From positions 1 to 64,000 of the forward strand of contig JAUCBJ010000548.1 of the NCBI GenBank assembly GCA_032718475.1: a DNA stretch of 64,000 nt, given 5' to 3'. The stretch is from Nemertoderma westbladi. Lineage: Eukaryota; Animalia; Xenacoelomorpha. A program made the translations under genes and the position numbers. Positions within the stretch are counted from its first letter, which is position 1, and the number at the start of each line of letters is the position of its first letter. Positions 36,110-50,700 of the stretch are shown here, in pieces. The notes under the pieces are model-generated. The model had not been told where the DNA came from. It did not search any database and saw nothing but the letters and a program-made list of their open reading frames with translations.

Positions 36110-36620
36110 GGCGCACAGGCTGCTTCATAAAGTACAATGTGAAAGAAGTCAATCTATTGCAAACCAGATGTTTATTGTAATTTTCTCAGGCGATTTGACA
36201 ATGGTCGTATGGTACATAAAACTACAGTATCTAGTATAGAAATGGTTGAGGATTAATTTAACATATGCGCAGGCTGCTTCATACATTACTGTACAATGTG
36301 AAAGAAGGCAATCAGACCAACAGCCTCAGATTATTGGGGGACTGAGTCAGGGCCAAACTGGCCCACGTATTTTCCTGAAAGGGTAATTTATGTTTTGGGC
36401 CCCGCTCGCATCTTTTTATTTCATTCTCATTACCTTCTACTGTATGACAAAAATAATACAAATGTACTGTATATTGTATTGTATGGTACCTATTGTATTG
36501 TATATTTTATCTACTGTACCTACTGTAGTACTATCTATTCATCGCGCGTCCCCTATCTGATTGATTTGTGTCAAATTAAATTGCCTTTGGCAACATTATT
36601 TGATACAAATCGATCGATTA
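36110..36620 (+). repeat. Copy of the 13889-14505 repeat family
   Basis: Shared blocks such as GGCCAAACTGGCCCACGTATTTTCC and TTGCCTTTGGCAACATTATTTGATACAAATCG. Confidence 0.85.
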
Positions 36621-37399
36621 AGTAAGGTGTCACAACAATCGCATGAATATTGTTATAAATGAGTTCCGAGATGTTTGTTGAGATTATCACTACGCATGTT
36701 CTTATTGCAGACAGGACAGTCAACGAATGTTGATGATCTAGGCATGTTTGCTATAAAATAAAAAAAACTAAATAATAATAATAATAAGTTTGGGGTGGTT
36801 TCGCGGGGTTGATTTTTATTTTGAGGCAATAATGTTAAAACTAAACGAATTCATAAAAATACAAATTTATTGTTCTTACCTGCAGATTGATTCGTGGTTT
36901 TGGAAAAGAAAATTGCTCGATTAGGAATAAGAAGAAGGAAAATCAAATCACATTGATGTTATAAATGTTTTATATAACAATATATTATGTATAACAATTA
37001 ATGTATTATGTTTAACAATATATTATGAATAACAATAAATGTATTATAACCTTAAATAAAAAGTAAGATAGTCGATAATATTTTTGTAAGTAAAGTTCAA
37101 AGCGATGGATGGGGGTTTATAAGGGAAAGGGTAACCAATGAAAATAAAAGTGAAGCTTGGGGGAACCAATAGAAATAAAAAAAGAGAGAGAGACGTGCTA
37201 TTGGATTGAGGGAATAATAAACACATTTCATTGGGTTAATTAAATGTAAAACATTAGTTACGATGGGAAATGGGGTGATTTGAGAAGCAGGGAGTGTGCT
37301 GGAGAAAAGTGCTTGTAATGGGCTACTGCGTTAGATTGGGTATGTTAATTAATGTTAAACTATAGTATCTGAACAAATATTTTAGGCATTGCATACGTG

Positions 37400-38100
37400 G
37401 AGGGGGTTATGCATTACTTCAAACAAAAAACTACAGTATCTACTGTAGTATAGAGATGGTTGGGGATTAATTTAACATATGCGCAGGCTGCTTCATAAAG
37501 TACAATGTGAAAGAAGTCAATCTATTGCAAACCAGATGTTTATTGTAATTTCTCAGGCGATTTGACAATGGTCGTATGGTGCATAAAACTACAGTATCTA
37601 GTATAGAAATGGTTGAGGATTAATTTAACATAATATGCGCTCGTATGTGTGGTAATTAATGGTTGTAGTTGGCCTATGTGCGATTGAGGGAATGCTGGCG
37701 CGTAAGATGTAAACCTAAGTTTTCCAATCTTACATGATAACGAAGCTGAAGGCTACCATGGCAACATACCAAGGCAATCCCCACCTATACGTTTGAGCCA
37801 AGGCCAAACTGGTCCACGTATTTTCCTGAAACGGTAATTTATGTTTTGGGCCCCACTCGCATCTTTTTATTTCATTCTATCATTCTATTGTACGACAAAA
37901 ATAATACAAATGTTCTGTATATTGTATTGTATGGTACCTATTGTATTGTATATTTTATCTACTGTACCTACTGTAGTACTACTATCTATTCATTGTGCGT
38001 CCCCTATCTGATTGATTTGTGTCAATTTAAATTGCCTTTGGCAACATTATTTGATACAAATCGATCGATTAAACAATTAATTAATTGTTTAATCGACCAA
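37400..38100 (+). repeat. Copy of the 13889-14505 repeat family
   Basis: Same blocks, with a perfect terminal palindrome at about 38065-38096. Confidence 0.85.
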
Positions 38101-40458
38101 TTAATTAATTAATGACCTACTTAACACCTAAGGTGCGAAGTAGGTCCAACTGTCGCAGAAAAGGGGTTCATCTTACTACTTATATTATAGGGGTTATTTG
38201 TATTGAGTTAATTTAATTTAATTTTGCTTTTTCTTGCTGTCGGTGTTGGATCATTTTATGTTATTCAGAGTATATTGTAACATTTACAGTAAGTGTTAAT
38301 CAAATCATCATCGAATATATTGAGGTCTATTAAGAAACGTTAATTTATTAAATTTTGGTTAACCCAACCAATATTTCCCATAATTTAGATGTGTGGACAT
38401 TTATCAAATCAGAGCATTCACCCCGCCCCATATGAATAATATTCTTAAATACAACATATGTAGTTAAGTCTTTAACCTATTCGCACGAGTTAGCAAAAAA
38501 ATAAAATTAAAATATTTTTAATTTCTCTTTAGGGGCTCTGTAAGACCTAGACCTCTCGTGAAATTGTTACCATACCAACGCAAACATGCTCATTTCTTGC
38601 ACAAAGGAATCTCTTCCTTTCGATATTCTTCAATTTCTCGAATTATTATGCCAGATAAAATAACCTAGGAAAATTAGGTTAGTATCACTAAAAAAATAGG
38701 GTCCTACTAAACTCCCAAAAGAAACCAATAAAAGCCAAAAGAACCACCCAATAGAACCCAAAAGAACCCCAAAATACCCAAAAGAACATAATTTGGACAT
38801 TATGCATCACAGATTCGTAAAGCATCTTCGTTCCTGTCACTGCCTGTGGCATTAGGTATTATGGTGTCATATTATATGGTGTCTGGTGAGATGACACTCT
38901 GACTCTGTCAGTCTGTACTAACTGTATGTAATATGGATATATATAAATATATATATATATATGTAATATGTGTAGTATTGTAGCCTAGTTGGAATCAGGT
39001 TACAACTAGGTTACAAATAGTTGGGAGCAGTTTACAAAGGCGGGCTTTACTAACCAACCTGCTGTAGTAATAGATTTCTGCTTGCATTCGATTCTTGCAG
39101 TTGTAAGTGACCTACACAGTTATTGCTAAATCATACAGCTTTTTGAATGGCGCAGTATAGTTACAGAAGGTTGGTTACCTCTTGGTTATGGTGTTTTTTT
39201 TTCTTACTTATTACATTAATATATGTGATGTTTCATAAAGAATGAATTAAACACTGAAATATATTGAGTTACATAAGCCAGATTCCCTCTGGCTTGACTT
39301 GGAAGGTACAGTAATTAATGTTGGCCAAGTATAAGTCATGCCATATTATGCAAGGGATGTAAGTACAACAGTAAGTATCTGTGAGGGTTGAGTGACTGGG
39401 AGATGTTTTTCCAGATGTTATTAGATTTTAATTACCAGTTTTCTAGCAGTTGTAAATATTACTATTAATTAACCTACATAATAATTGTTCAAATTCATTC
39501 GCAGAATGGTACAATATAGTAAACTAAAACAGATTACGGCTGGGTCTGAGTTGACTGAATCATGTGGGGCGAGCCACGCAGTGAGTGAGCCTTAGCGTAG
39601 GGGTACCATTAATCAACCTGTCGTTCTGTCGCGTTTTTTTTCGGTATTTTATTTTAAACGTTAATAACTCGGCCAATCCTTGATGAAATCTATCCAAACT
39701 TGGTACACATGTTGTTTGGCAAAAGTTTGAAAATTTTCCAAGTAGAATTTGCGTGGGGCCTTCAGCAGGGTGGAGCAGCTGGTGCTTGCAGCATCAGTGT
39801 AACTGTTATTGCAGTTATAATAAATTTATTTATCCAAATTTAAAATGCGTTAAATTATTATTACTGTAGGATAAATCATCTGGGTTTCTGACAAATTTTG
39901 CAATACATTGGGGCTGTCTGCCAATCTGCATGTACCATGTGTACCGGTACTGTCAGGCTGTACTCAATCCCTGAATCGAGAATCCTGCAATCAGTCAATA
40001 CTGCAATACTGGTCAGCCGGTACCATATACTGCAGACATGCCATATCATGTAATCTAATTAAACATGGCCCCGGCAACCCTTGCGGTGATTATAGTTTAG
40101 GCCTAATTAGCCCAGTACCGGCACCGGTAATAATAATATAATAGTTTAGATAGTTACCGCTAATCATTCAGTCATTGGCACGGTACACCGTATTGCTGTA
40201 CTGCCGTTGTAGTGCGCACCGTAGGTACCACCCTACTACCGGTACCGGCTGACCGGTGGCAAACGAGCACTTCAGCACTTGCACAGCAACAGCACTACCG
40301 GCGATACACAGGTTGGAATTTATGTAGAGTTTGCTCAACAGTACAGATATAAAATAGTTATCTAAATTATATATATTACTATTGACAAGTATTGAAATAT
40401 ATACCGTTATTCGTGTTATCAGTATTTGCAACATCTGACATTGAAGAGGTGAGAGAAG

Positions 40459-40800
40459 ATGAATACCGGCACTCAACAAAACCAACGCTTATCACAGGTC
40501 GGTATGGTTACCTCGAAACCGGCGCGACTGTCCACTCGAATACAACTTCAAAACACAAACGCCAACAATAAACTGAAAGCGAATCGAACGTCTTCAGAAG
40601 AATCTGTCATTGGGACGAAGAAAAGGAAGCTGAAACCACGGGAATGGACCACAGCTGAGATTGAATGCTCCCATTGTCAGAGTTCCTGGACCGAAATTGA
40701 AACACCAATTGCCGATGGGCTTGATCTCTCAAACCAAAACTTCCTCTGCGGGGTTTGCGCGGCAGTAAAGATTGAAAGTCTGGAAGCTGGCATCCCTAGG
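40459..40800 (+). pseudogene. Possible truncated LINE ORF1-like fragment with partial PHD-type Cys cluster
   Basis: IECSHCQSSW...NFLCGVC after a basic stretch; coding-like composition ends abruptly near 40795. Confidence 0.35.
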
Positions 40801-43479
40801 TATTATTATTATAAAGAGCGTCAGCCTTCGTTTAATAAATATATTTTAATACAAAACAGGTCGAACGCAAAGAGGCTTATAATGAAGACGAGTACTGCAT
40901 TGATTATATTCCTATAAACCACCTGGCTTTGCATATTGAACATGCGTTTGGAAATAAGTTCGTGCTACCCTTCCGTGGGTGGTAGATGTCGCGGTTATGT
41001 ATTGGTGGGTGGGGGGAGGGGGGGGGTGCAGATTAAAAGGGGTGAACACGTACTGTCCCCGTTTCTTTGATTAATTGGTGGTGTGGGTTAATCTCTCATA
41101 ACCTGATTTTGTGATACAGTCGCACAATTTTAATTTGTATCTCATAACTGGGCCTCGTGCTGCGCGAAGACCCCACGAACGTGTAATTAATGTTTGCCAA
41201 GTTAAGTCATTAACCTCTCTCGCACAATTTTAAATACAACAATTACTTAGAGCTATATGACAGTCCGCCCATGTGAAGAATACCAGGATTTCACTTTTCG
41301 GTCGACTTATTATTGGAATTTTATATATGAAGATTTTTTATTTTTTTAAATTTATCTTTATTAAGTGTTTTATAGCGCTTATTTCTGTCTTATAACCTGT
41401 ACATATACTAATTCGTTTATTGTTTTGGTTAGATTCAGCCCTTCTGTGACCTGTTTTGGTGAAAACCTGGTATTCTTCACATGGGGGTAACTGCAAAGTG
41501 AAATATAACGGCAGAAAGTCTGGTATTCTTCACATGGGCCTGACAGTCAACTCCACAGTAATGTTGGCCCAAAGATTTTTAAATACAACAATTAATTATT
41601 ATTATTAGATGAGAATACAGTGTAATAGGATACAGCATACTGCGTTGTGTAATTAAAATTCATTAACCTGATCCACCACCTAACATACTGTAGCAGAGTG
41701 AGTAACCTTTGTAGATCTACCCTTAGGAAGCACTCCAAGCAGGACCTTATCGCCCCTATAAATTGCATTTTTGTTGGGAACTTATCGCCTCCCAGTTCTG
41801 AGTTTTGAGGAACTTATCGCCACTGGGTCTTTATCGCCCCCGAGTCTTTATCAGCTCCTGTAAATTTATTTGGCTCTGGCAAACTTCTGTTATGTTCGGT
41901 TGTTATGGTTGTTGTAGGTTGTGCCCTAGTTGTGGGATCGTGGTGGGGGGCTCCCCCCCCCCCCCCCCCCCCCCTGATAAACCATCCTCTAAGAGCCTAC
42001 TGTATATCCAATGAATACAAGCCCAAAAGAAACCACACACTTATTGTTAATAAGTCACAGTGGGATTTTGAGTCCATTTGGTCATCAAAGGACCAACTAA
42101 CAAATTGTAACATTTGTTGTCATATTACCAGTACTACAATTCATCTCCTACTGTAAGGTAACGCGGAATTATAAACAATAAAATAAATTCCCTATGTTGT
42201 CTGGTATTGATAACGAAATCGTTTTTGTTAGAAAATGAGTGTTTTGCAACATGCATAGGGAAATTGACTATCTCACAGTCCAGAAATCATCAAATTTTCA
42301 TTGTCCTACCAAAGGCATTGCTAAATACACTATCTTACAGTCCAGATATCAATAAAGTTTAAATATTTTGGCACAGGAATGGTGAGATGAGCTGTCTGAC
42401 AGTCCAGAAATCAGTCATGCAATTTGAAAAAAACGGACATAAAAAGTCATTAAATAGACAAAAAAGCCATTATGCAAAATTGTTTTTAAAAAAAAATACT
42501 GAGAAAAAAGTAAAAAAATGACATAAAATATCCTTGGACTATTTAAAATGATGTCAAATGTATATAACCAATAAATTATTCAAATTATTTAACAACCAAA
42601 GGGCCTTCTAATTACATTATTTGTAAAAACTGCCCTGGACTCCCTTAGTATGCAACTATTTGATCAGAATTTTTTACCACCCGGTTATCAATATATGGGT
42701 CAAAAATATAGATTACTCCATGTTTATCAACAAAATACCAATTACCTTTTAACTTTAACTTTTACATTTACATTTTCACCAACTTACTTTTTATAAACAG
42801 TTGTATTAATTTAATTAATTAAGTAAATTAATTAATAATATAATAAACTAAAATAATGTTCAAAACTTAAAAAACAAAATATTTAGGAGCTTATGTAAGG
42901 TTTTTAACCATTTGAGTGTTTTCGGGAACAAATTAGAATTTTATTCACTTTAGAAATTGGCTTAGAAAAAGTGTGCCTTAAAAGGCCCATGGTTGGTAAG
43001 GGGCTAAATCATTATAATTGGCTACTTGGTTAACAAATCCAAATCATCACCGATCATGAGACACTAGTATATTGTTTAGACATGAAAAATACAAACCCAT
43101 GGTATGTCTGCACTATCAGAATATCCCCAATAATATATCAATAGATAAGATACGTAAGATATCAGGCAGATATGTATAATATCATATCATAGTGTAGTAC
43201 AGTAGTTCAATACAGCAATAGGTAAACCCTCCACGTACATGCTACATGCAGTGGTACCGGTATCTTAGGTAGATAGTCCTGTAATGGACGAGCCATGTAT
43301 CTTGTACATCTCAGTACATATCAGCCCTCAACAATCCAGATGGCTATCTATCATATATATCTGAATCCTCCTGCACTTTCTCACACTATCCGACTCAACA
43401 TTGCAAGCCTTCTTCAATAGCACAACATTATTACTGACGATATTTTACACTAGCGAAAACTCATTCACTTTTTGTGACA

Positions 43480-44000
43480 ACTCCAAACCCTCACCTAGAC
43501 CATTAGGACTCACTTACGAGAAACCATGCATTTCAATATGTATCAACACCTACACAACTTAGCACACCAAAGAACACTATAAAAATAATCGTGCAACACT
43601 TCGTCTGGCCTTCCTTGAAAAACAAGTGGAAGAACTGGCTAAACAATGTTTACATTGTCAAAACAGTGTAAAATTACACACAAAGTCTGTAGTAGGGCCA
43701 ATTCCTTACTACAGTAGTGTCCCGATTGCATACTGTTCATACAGACTTGATTAGACCCCTACCTCACTCACAATATTATCTATATTATACTAACCGCTAT
43801 AGATCACAACCCTAGGTTGGTAGAAGCCATTACGCTCCGTGATATATCAACTCAGTCGCTGAGGTATTTATTAACACATGGATCAGTCGATTCGCCTTAC
43901 CAAAAATACTTACAAACCTCTTACCATCCTGCATGTAATGGGTTGATCGAAAGATTTTATCGACAGGTAAAACCAGCACAATTACTGTATTGTACTGAAC
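43480..44000 (+). pseudogene. Degenerate Gypsy integrase remnant
   Basis: Fragments FVWPSL, C..CQ, VHTDLIRPLP, WVEAI.L and TSYHPACNGLIERF, across stops and frameshifts. Confidence 0.75.
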
Positions 44001-44069
44001 TTCAACTGTTATTAGTTTATTAGTTTATTAACTCCAAAAAGACCAAAAGTTTGACAGTTAACTTTGAAA

Positions 44070-44131
44070 GTCCTCAGCAAGTCTCTGACCGGATGAGCAT
44101 AAGCTCAAAGGATGGTATGCTTGAGCATGTG
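44070..44131 (+). mobile_element. 5' piece of RTE-like LINE RT fragment, split by BEL2
   Basis: Removing BEL2 and one TSD restores the frame SISSKDGMLEHV|ADFCYLGSW. Confidence 0.8.
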
Positions 44132-44671
44132 TGTTAGCTTATTCAATTCCGCTAACACAAACCCATAAAGTCAACCGTTAAGCAATATTGGGGGCCACGA
44201 GATTGGGTAACCAACAACTCGTGTCACCCCAACAAAGTGGGAAGGAGAAACACACAATAAGGGTCAGGGGCCAAACCCCTAACCGAGAGAGAATAGGTGG
44301 AGTGAACGGAAACACTCCAAAGGGCGCCAATAGGGACCTTAGCCAATCAGAGGGGGGAAAGGCATCGGTTAGGTACAGTAACAAGGCCAACCCGTGCAAT
44401 ATAACCAGTTGGCAGTAATCATCTCATTCAGTTATCTCAGTGTTATTGGTGTTACAGTAGCAATAGTTTAGCTAGGGAAGTACCGGGATTTCAATTACCG
44501 TTTCCCGCCTTCCGCGTACAACAATATATTACCAGCCATTATCTATATCTATACTATATATCCCGAATATTATATACGACGAACAACGCAAACTCTTTTA
44601 TCTTTCACACACGGCGGGGACGCATGAATTGACAACCGGATAAACCGGGATCCTTCCTGGATCCCGTCACA
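44132..44671 (+). repeat. BEL2 5' LTR (two CCAAT boxes, TATA-like AATATAA about 44398, Inr-like TCATTC/TCAGTT about 44424)
   Basis: Direct repeat of 57807-58347. Confidence 0.97.
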
Positions 44672-44768
44672 GTAATTTAAACCTAGCAGCTACCCTGACA
44701 GTAATTGAATCAGAGCTGCCGCCCTAGTTGAACTCAGTGACTACCAGCCACCAATCTATTGAAGAGAG

Positions 44769-47700
44769 ATGAGTCAGTCAGGAGAGACGACACTGACGCG
44801 GACCCCGGACGAAGAACTAACGATCCGTGAGGCCGCGACCAGACGGTATAGGCCCACGACGCCGGACCCATCGGTAACGGGTGATCCGGCAGTTCAGGAC
44901 GAGGGGGGCCGTCTGGAGCCAGAGGTCGAGTCGAGAGGAGGGGGAGTCGAGTTGAGAGACCGAGAGGGTGAGTTGGAAGGAGACGAGTCGACACGGAACG
45001 AGGGTCGACGTGCCGACGTCGCCGGCCAGCCACAGGCCGAGGGCGACGAACGGCCCACCGAAACGGCGACAGTGGGACCGACGGTACAACGCCGGACCCG
45101 GAGAGACGAGGGAGATGCCGATACCGATGTTGCCGGCCAGCCACAGGCCGAGGGCGACGGACAGCCCACCGGAACGGCGACGGTGGGGCCACCGGTACGA
45201 CGTCGGACCCGGAGAGACGGAGGAGAGGTCGGCAACGAGGACGTCGGGGTTTCTGATCGACTTCGACAGGCCTACAACGCGACCCGGAAGCTACTAAAGG
45301 AGGCCAAGAAGGGGGCGGAGATAGATGAGGTGAAGTTAACGAGAGGACTAGGTGAGTCGAATAGACATTTTAGCTATCTAATGCGTTTAGGGCAGAGAGA
45401 ACTGGCCCAGGAGAGAGCGAGAGGGGTTGCAGAGGAACTGTGTGATTTATGGCGGTGTAGGGGTATGCAACCTAGTGCAGTGTACGTAGGGCCATACTTA
45501 GTCGATGCCCAGGGTGTACAATTTGAGGGTTGGAGGAGACCTGAGGAGGGCGAATCTGAGGTTGAGCCTGAGGATTCGATCTCGTCGGTCGGGGGAAGTT
45601 CTGGGAAGAGGGGGAAAGTTAGTAGGTCGGGAAGGCGGAGGGAATCCGTCGTAACCGATAAGTCTGCTACATCCTCCGTAAAAGAAAGACGGGTGAGAGA
45701 GATAAATGCCACGTACCATCTCGAGCTGATAGAGCAAGGTCAGAGAGACATAAATAGACGGATAGAAGAGGGGAGAGTGCATCTAGAGAGGGAAGCGGTA
45801 TTGATTAGAGAAACCAGAGAGAGGGCTGAAAAGGCCGTGGAAAGCCTTAAAGAGTGTGAGGAAATAGAAAGGAGGTAACAAGAGGAGCGTGTGGCGAGAG
45901 AGAAAAGTGAACGCAAAGAGCGTGAGGCAGAACGCAAGGAACGTGAGGCGAGGGAGGAAAAGGAATGCAAGGAACGTGAGGCGAGAGAGGAAAGTGTGCG
46001 TAGAGAGCGTGAGGCGATACGAAGGGAGCGAGCTAAGAGAGAGGCGGAATTGGCCGACCAGAACGCACGGGAGGATCGGGAGAGAGTAGCAAGAGAGGAG
46101 CGTGTGCGAGAGAAATTGGAAAGAGAGCAAAAGGAGCTTATAGAGTACAAAGCTAGACGCACGCGCGAACTAGAATTGGCGCGGATAGGGGCGTCTGAGA
46201 GCGGGACTGGCTCGAATATTTTCGAGGAGCCAAGGGCCGTGGATACATTTATTGATGCCCCACTTACAGGGACCGCACGACAGACACAAAACTGGTGTGA
46301 CCGTACGGGCGGGGGGGGGGGGGGGTAATAATAATGCTACCGTAGACGACGTTAATATTGATGGTACCGTATCGGATAATCCTAACCAAACTTATATTGC
46401 AGGAAATACTTTGCCTGGTAGTAGTAATTTTAATTTAAATACAGATAGCCTAAATAATAATTTTGATTTAAACATGCAAAATAATCCGAATAATAATTTA
46501 AATTTAGAAAATAATAATAACTCAAATAATTTAAATAATAATCCAAGCCCGAATTTACAAAATAATTCAAATAACGTAGTCGCGCAAAATAATCCAAATG
46601 ATTCTATTTCAAACGAACAAAATAATTCCGTTTCTAATATAGGTGCTATTAACGCGAACGCGTCGGACGTGTATGAGCCGACAGGCGGCGGCCTGGTAGG
46701 CCACGTAGTTAGTAGGCAGGAGGTGGCGGGGTTGAATCGACCCGACGGTGGCCTGGTAGGCCACGTAGTTAGTAGGCAGGAGGTGGCGGGGTTGAGTCGA
46801 CCCGACAGTGGCCTGGTAGGCCACGTAGTTAGTAGGCAGGAGGTGGCGGGGTTGAGCCAACCCGGAGTAGGCCCGATAGGCCAAGTAGTAGTGGAGAGAG
46901 AAGCAGGGGTAAGCGAACCCAGCCGCAGTAGAAACATTGTGTCGACTGGAGGGGGGTGTAGAAGAGAAGTTAGAGGTAGCGGTGTGATATGTGGCGAGTG
47001 GGGGGGGGGGCTACAGGAGCCCCACAACGAGGAGTTAGTGGCGAGAGGGGGGGGTAGAGAGTGTCCCACAGCCGTCAGCGGATAATGCGCGGGCCGAATC
47101 AGGTAAACCGCAACACCCGGCGACGGAGAGTAATAGGGGGATTGCGAGTATCCCCAGCGGCGTGCGATCGAGCAGAGAGAAGCAGGTCGACGTCGCGAGA
47201 GGGCGGACGAAGCGTCGAGCCCGATCAGAAGAGGGAAGAAGAACAGTGGAGTTTAACCGGGAGGTCGACGAGAGATCTCGCGAGCGGGAATACTGCACTG
47301 AGAGGAGAAGAAGAGAAGACAGCAGAAGAAGTATCGCCGCGAACGACAGGAGAATGAGGACGGACAGCGAGCCGTCGGTGGTGGAGATGGAAAGGGAGAG
47401 TCGGTGGGGTCGAACTTCGGGAGATTGCCGTCGCCCCGGAGAGACGCGACCTGACGAGACGCGTTACGCGTCGAGAGAGGGGTACGCGATGTACCGGAAC
47501 GTAGACGAGAGTAGTAGAGAGGGTCGAGGAGAAACTTTCCGACGGGATATACCTACAGACCGAGAGTACGGTAGCCGCGGGGAGGATTATTCGAGAAGAA
47601 TAAACTTCGATCCCGAGGAATACATACAGACTGTAGGACATACTGTAGGCCTTACTGTACATACCATAGGCCATGCTGACAGGAATAATGTAGGCGATAG

Positions 47701-50700
47701 GATAGCGCGGACGACGGAATTAAACCCGGAAGTCGCGGAGTACATACCGGCAGGTAGGCCAGAAGCTGATAGGCCTATACCGGTACCAGTGCAGCAGTAT
47801 GACTACAGCACGAAAGGATATAACATATACCCAGGGGAGGGGGGAATTATTGCGGATAGGTGCATGGGCCCCAATATATTGACATCAACCCCAATACCAA
47901 ACATACCGGTGGGGGGGGGACAGGGTGACATTCCCCCATCGCAATATCAACAATATACCCCGATAGGAGCAAGGACAACGAGACCATTGGATGAAAATAG
48001 GTCATGTGACACAGAAATATGGAGGGGGCCGCTACCCCCAATGATATACCCATGCCATAGAAAGGCAGAAAATAGAACGAGCGGACCACACCCAACAGGA
48101 ACTATACAACATCCATCGAATCCATTGGAAGCACAGGCGATGGGGATGGCCACATTGATCGATGCATTAAAAACAAGGATCGAATTACCACCCGTGGAAC
48201 CATTCAAATTCGATGGGAGTAGGCTGGAAGAATATCTCCAGTTTCGGCATATGTATAGTAGTGAAATACTAACAAAGAACTTAACGCAGGCGGAGTGCCT
48301 AAAGTATTTGCAAGTATACACAGGAGGCCCAGCATATGACATCGTGAGGCAATATCAGGGCATAGAGGGCGGCTTCACGACAGCATGGCGGGCACTGGAC
48401 AGGGAATACGGACACCCGGCCAAGATCATCAGGCAGACCCTGAGAGGCATAACATCGGGTGGCCTACAGGATAATCCCGTTAGCATTAAGACATTTGCGA
48501 ACAAGGTCGAGAAGGCGCTGATCGTGTTAAAGACGCTAGACGCGCCATACGAACTCAACGCGTCCAACAACATCACCACGATAGCGCAGGCACTACCGAT
48601 GTGGTTGCGCAACAAGTGGAGGGAAATCGCTTTCTCCACTCGAGATAGGAAGGGTGCGGAACCGGGTTTAGAAGAAATGTCGAGCTTCTTAAACTACGAA
48701 GCTGAACTAATAACCGACCCAGTCTATAGCGAATATAGCCTGGGGAAGGGACCGAAGACGGATTACCATAGACCGAAACCAGAGCACAACACGTCAAACG
48801 CATTACCGAAGCTCAGGCAATCACTGCCATATGCAGCGACGCAGGGGACTGCAAGTCCACAGGTAGCCGAAGGTAAGACCACACCATGGAATGGACAGGG
48901 GAACAATAACAACACGAATAAATATAACCCCAGTACGTCCAGTAGGCCGAACCCAAACAATAAGAATAGTAGGGACTTTGGTACAAACGCAGCTGCGATA
49001 CGCGATGCACTGTATAAGGAGGGCTACGACCCAAAGAGCAAATGCCAGCTACATACAAATGCGCTTCATCAAACCATGAACTGCAGGTACTGGCAAGCGC
49101 TACCTAGGGAAGATCAGATAGATTACGCGAGGAGGAATGAGATCTGCTCGCGATGTGTGATGAGTGGACACAGAGCTAGGCAATGCAAGGAGACGCCAGT
49201 CAAGTTCGGTCAAAGGAAAGGCCAAACGATGGCAACGAGCACAGTAGGGGCGAAAAGGAGGGGAACGGTGCTACTTGGGGTAGTACCCGTGCGAGTGATT
49301 GGAGAAGGCAATCGATCAGTAACAACACTAATGCTGGTTGATAGTGGAGCTGCCTTCACACTAGTCGAGGATTGGGTGGCCGAAGAAATAGGATTGAGAA
49401 CGAGGCCAAGCAGAATGGCGGTAACAACCATCTCCAGCAAAGACGAGGTCCTGGAGATGAGAACCGGATGGTGCACCATCGCAGCAATAGCACCAGGATG
49501 CGACTATGGGGCGAGCATCGACCCCATCCAAGTGATAGAGTCAATAAACATCAATGCCAGACGGCCAACCAACATCGAGGTCGAACAATATAAATTTCTG
49601 GACGATATTGACTTCTCAATCCCAGATGTGGACGTTAGGAAGGTATCCATCATAGTAGGAATGGACTGCCCAACGGCCCACGAAAGAATGCAAACGGTCT
49701 TCGGCGAAGACAAGCAGTGTGACCCGGTGGCGATACTGACACCATTCGGGTGGACGCTAAGTGGCCCAATCAAGAGCAAGATACCATTTAGGATGTCGGA
49801 GACATCAGGATGCATGTTCGCGGGAACTATGCAGGAAATGAGTGATGAGAGAGCAGAGGAGCAACTTAAAAGACTGCTCAAACAGGATTTTGAAGGATTA
49901 AAGGAAATCGGGGTCGGGACCTCGGTGGAAGACAAACAGGCTCAGCAGAGCGTAGAGGAGTCTATGAAGTGCGACGAGGGGCGGTACACCATAGGAATGG
50001 TATGGAAACTACCGAAGATACCACTGCCCGATAATAGAGGGATGGTACTCACGAGACTCCGCAAGCTGAAACAAACACTAAAACGGAGCCCCGAGAAGAA
50101 TGAGTACATCCACAGAACGATTAAGAAGTACGTCGAGAAAGGATGGGCCGTGGAGTTACCGGTCGACGAACCAAACACGGACAGGACATATTACCTGCCA
50201 CTCCACGTGGCTTTAGACCCAAAGAAAGGTAAACTGCGGATGGTAGTTGACGCATCGGCAAAGACCAACGGAAAATGCTTAAACGACTACATGTTAGAAG
50301 GTCCAAACATATACAACTCGGGCATAGAGGTCCTACTTAGATTTAGAAATGGGAAACACGCCTTCACGTGTGACATAGAAGGCATGTTCAACCAAGTCCG
50401 TGTAACGGAGGAAGATAGCGACAGTCAACGCTTCTTATGGTATAACGGCGAGGAAGAACCGTCGATAATACCGGCGTACAAGATGGTAGTACAGAACATG
50501 GGAGCCAAGTCGTCTTCGTTTACGACGACTATGGCAGTGAGAGATACAGTGAAGGGGAAGGAAGATAGATACAGCACTAGGGCCGTCGATATGATTCGAC
50601 GCGGCTTCTACGTAGACGACGGAATGGAGTCTGGAAATACGGTTAAGGAGATACTGGACACAGGGCGCGAGGTTCGCGACATCCTAAAAGGATCCGGCTT

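Noticed and set aside
36395-38112. Recurrent short ORFs (LLYDKNNTNVLYIVLYG..., also 13880-14248)
   Set aside because: They recur only because they lie in a dispersed AT-rich repeat; indels shift the frames between copies.
41740-43010. Short repeated motifs (CTTATCGCC x4; ACAGTCCAGA x3) as DNA-transposon ends
   Set aside because: No matching partner TIR or TSD could be located by eye.
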